Below, one piece after another: positions 61,804 to 64,000 of a stretch of 64,000 nt of DNA. The stretch covers positions 2,419 through 66,418 of the forward strand of contig DHVE01000054.1 of the NCBI GenBank assembly GCA_002412495.1, read 5' to 3'. The first letter of the stretch is position 1. Each line of letters starts with the position of its first letter. The notes below the pieces were generated by a model that was given only the letters and a program-made list of their open reading frames with translations, was not told the DNA's origin and ran no database searches. Made by a program: the position numbers and the translations under genes. The stretch is from Betaproteobacteria bacterium UBA5216. GTDB taxonomy: Bacteria; Pseudomonadota; Gammaproteobacteria; Burkholderiales; SG8-41.

Positions 61804-62868
61804 ATGGCCGCACTCATAAACGACACTTTCATTCGCGCCTTGCTGCGCCAGCCCACACCGTATACGCCGGTGTGGATCATGCGGCAGGCGGGGCGTTACC
61901 TGCCCGAGTACAACGCGACGCGCAAACGGGCAGGCAGTTTTCTGGGCCTGGCGAAAAACCCGGGTTACGCCACTGAAGTCACGCTGCAACCGCTGGCGCG
62001 CTTTGCGCTCGACGCGGCGATTTTGTTTTCCGACATTCTTACCGTGCCGGACGCGATGGGCCTGGGCCTGTATTTCGCCGAGGGGGAAGGCCCGAAATTC
62101 GAACGGCCGCTGCGCGACGAAGCGGCGATCAAAAAACTCGCCGTGCCGGATATTGGTTCGACATTGCGTTACGTGACGGACACGGTATCGCAAATCCGCG
62201 GCGCGCTCCATGGCAAGGTGCCACTAATCGGTTTTTCCGGCAGTCCTTATACACTGGCGTGTTACATGGTGGAAGGCGGTGGCAGCGCGGATTTCCGGCG
62301 CATTAAATCCATGCTGTATGACCGGCCTGATCTGCTGCATCACATTCTCGACATCAATGCCCGGTCGGTGATCGCTTACCTCAACGCGCAAATCGAGGCG
62401 GGCGCACAGGCGGTAATGATATTCGACACCTGGGGTGGCTCGCTCAGTGCCGCGGCGTATCGCGAGTTTTCGCTCGCTTACCTGCAACGTATCGTCGCCG
62501 GGCTGACGCGCGATCACGATGGCGTCAGGGTGCCCAGCATCGTGTTTACCAAGGGCGGCGGTTTGTGGCTCGAAGATATTGCCGCGATCGGCTGTGATGC
62601 CGTGGGGCTCGATTGGACCTGCGATATCGGCGCCGCGCGCGCCCGTGTGGGTGCGAAAGTGGCCTTGCAGGGAAATCTGGATCCGATGACGCTTTTCGCA
62701 CAACCCGAATCGATACGCGCGCAGGTGGGCAAGGTGCTCGCGTCATACGGCAATGGCCCTGGCCATGTGTTTAACCTCGGCCACGGTGTTTCACAGTTTA
62801 CCAACCCCGATCACGTCGGCGCGCTGGTCGAGGCCGTGCACGACCTCAGTCGCGCGTACCACGCCTGA
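61804..62868 (+). CDS. hemE: uroporphyrinogen decarboxylase
   Basis: [31 protein letters not shown]...ILFSDIL...FNLGHGV are canonical HemE motifs. Confidence 0.95.
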   Translation: MAALINDTFIRALLRQPTPYTPVWIMRQAGRYLPEYNATRKRAGSFLGLAKNPGYATEVTLQPLARFALDAAILFSDILTVPDAMGLGLYFAEGEGPKFERPLRDEAAIKKLAVPDIGSTLRYVTDTVSQIRGALHGKVPLIGFSGSPYTLACYMVEGGGSADFRRIKSMLYDRPDLLHHILDINARSVIAYLNAQIEAGAQAVMIFDTWGGSLSAAAYREFSLAYLQRIVAGLTRDHDGVRVPSIVFTKGGGLWLEDIAAIGCDAVGLDWTCDIGAARARVGAKVALQGNLDPMTLFAQPESIRAQVGKVLASYGNGPGHVFNLGHGVSQFTNPDHVGALVEAVHDLSRAYHA

Positions 62869-63213
62869 TTCGTCACCTGCGGCAAAGAAACATATACACA
62901 GCAAGGACTTAGCACCGGTATCGCAGCCAGCGTACCAGCGTCCCGGGGTGTTGTTTTGTAAGTGTATCTTTATAAACAATATTTTCACGAGTCTCGTGCG
63001 GCAGGCTAAGTTCTTGAATCCTATGGAAGTCCGCAGAATCTCCGCAGTGAGCAATCATTAACAGAATTATCCACAGGCTAAAATTCAGGCCGGCGGCCAG
63101 CGTGGATGTCCTTGCGGCACAACGGCTTGCGACCTATTCTCAAGTCCGCTCTTAAACAAATCCGCTTAACTTCGCACGGTTTCGCCCTGCCGCTGCCGCA
63201 CCCCGCGCCATTC

Positions 63214-64000
63214 ATGAAAATCGTCCGCGTCGGCTTCGATATGCCGCTCGACAAGCTGTTCGATTACCGATGCGATGCGGTAAGAGACGGCGACATCGGC
63301 GCGCGTGTGCTGGCGCCGTTTGGCAATCGCAACGTGGTCGGTGTCATCCTCGAAATCGCGGACACCAGCAGCGTTGCTACCACACGCATTAAGCCGATTA
63401 CCCGAATCTTGCGCGAAGCGCCAGGCTTTACGCCAGACGACATTCGGCTCCTCCGGTTTGCCGCCGATTACTATCACCACCCTTTCGGCGCGGTGGCGAT
63501 GGGCGCCCTGCCTTCGGGTCTGCGCCGCGTGCGCAAACAACCGGCGAGATCGCTCACGCATTATGTGCTGACGGCCTTGGGCGCGACGCGCACGCTTGAC
63601 AGCTTGCCCGCGCGTGCGGCAACGCGGCGCCGGTTGCTGGGGCTATTTCTGCAACAGAAGGCGCTGGACGATGACGCGGTGCGCGCATGCGCTCCGACCG
63701 CCAAAACCGCGCTGCGGCAACTGATCGAGGCTGGATATGTGACCACCTGCGAAGGCGCGCTCCCCCCGATACCGGACGTTGCCACGCCAGCCCCGCCGGA
63801 CATCGCCGGCCCGTTGCTGACCAACGATCAAACCGCGGCGGTCGAGTCCCTGTGCGCCGAATTGTCCGCGTTCAAGGCGCATTTGCTGCTCGGCGTCACC
63901 GGCAGCGGCAAGACAGAGGTGTATTTGCGCGTCATCGATGCGGTGCTGAAAAAAGGCCGGCAAACGTTGCTGCTGGTGCCGGAAATTTCGCTCACGCCAC
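63214..64000 (+). CDS. priA: primosomal protein N' (replication restart helicase), N-terminal part; runs off the window
   Basis: Not in the ORF track because no stop lies in the window. Own translation from ATG 63214: MKIVRVGFDMPLDKLFDYRCD...LTNDQTAAVESL...LLLGVTGSGKTEVYLRVI (Walker A). Confidence 0.85.
   Translation, partial: MKIVRVGFDMPLDKLFDYRCDAVRDGDIGARVLAPFGNRNVVGVILEIADTSSVATTRIKPITRILREAPGFTPDDIRLLRFAADYYHHPFGAVAMGALPSGLRRVRKQPARSLTHYVLTALGATRTLDSLPARAATRRRLLGLFLQQKALDDDAVRACAPTAKTALRQLIEAGYVTTCEGALPPIPDVATPAPPDIAGPLLTNDQTAAVESLCAELSAFKAHLLLGVTGSGKTEVYLRVIDAVLKKGRQTLLLVPEISLTP

Noticed and set aside
63067-63075. Perfect DnaA box TTATCCACA in the 345-bp AT-richer hemE-priA spacer; hemE-linked origins exist in alphaproteobacteria
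   Set aside because: There is only one consensus box and I found no cluster of boxes or AT-rich 13-mer-like repeats. A single 9-mer is expected by chance about 0.5 times in 64 kb on two strands. Betaproteobacterial oriC is normally near dnaA/rpmH. At most it is a possible DnaA-titration or regulatory site upstream of priA.

Overview
The window looks like a high-GC chromosomal core segment of a betaproteobacterium. This is an inference from gene order (ponA<>pilMNOPQ-aroK-aroB-dgt-gltBD, dusB-fis-purH-purD, amgK/murU<>lptD-surA-pdxA-rsmA, pepP-ubiH) and from the Bug-family binding proteins. I call about 58 protein genes, nearly all housekeeping: heme (hemF, hemL, hemB, hemE), purine, thiamine, aromatic amino acid, glutamate synthase, type IV pilus, outer-membrane biogenesis, and a livJHMGF-type ABC transporter. 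I recognised no rRNA, tRNA, CRISPR array, transposase or integrase. Four places are not ordinary core. (1) A low-GC single-gene islet (21.5-22.9 kb) encodes a 322-aa protein with an N-terminal four-cysteine zinc ribbon and a C-terminal domain whose motifs resemble the nucleoside 2-deoxyribosyltransferase/TIR-like fold. This is my best candidate for an uncharacterised conflict or defence effector. (2) A low-GC GxxExxY (PD-(D/E)XK-like) gene, bracketed by 30-bp inverted repeats matching at 28/30, sits exactly in the livH-livM junction. (3) A tightly packed five-gene operon of unknown pathway (URO-D paralog, DadA-like flavoenzyme, Asp/Glu-racemase-like protein, orphan Bug receptor, leaderless GGT-like hydrolase) lies divergent from a Tat-exported flavoprotein. 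(4) Two non-heme-iron oxygenase-like genes flank a HIBADH-type dehydrogenase. Smaller oddities are an in-frame 42-nt duplication of the ubiH-like 3' end including its stop codon, a 5 x 9-bp tandem repeat covering the rsmA start, and a heptamer-built 20-bp hairpin between gltD and hemE. All family assignments come from reading the translations and recalling motifs; no database search was run.
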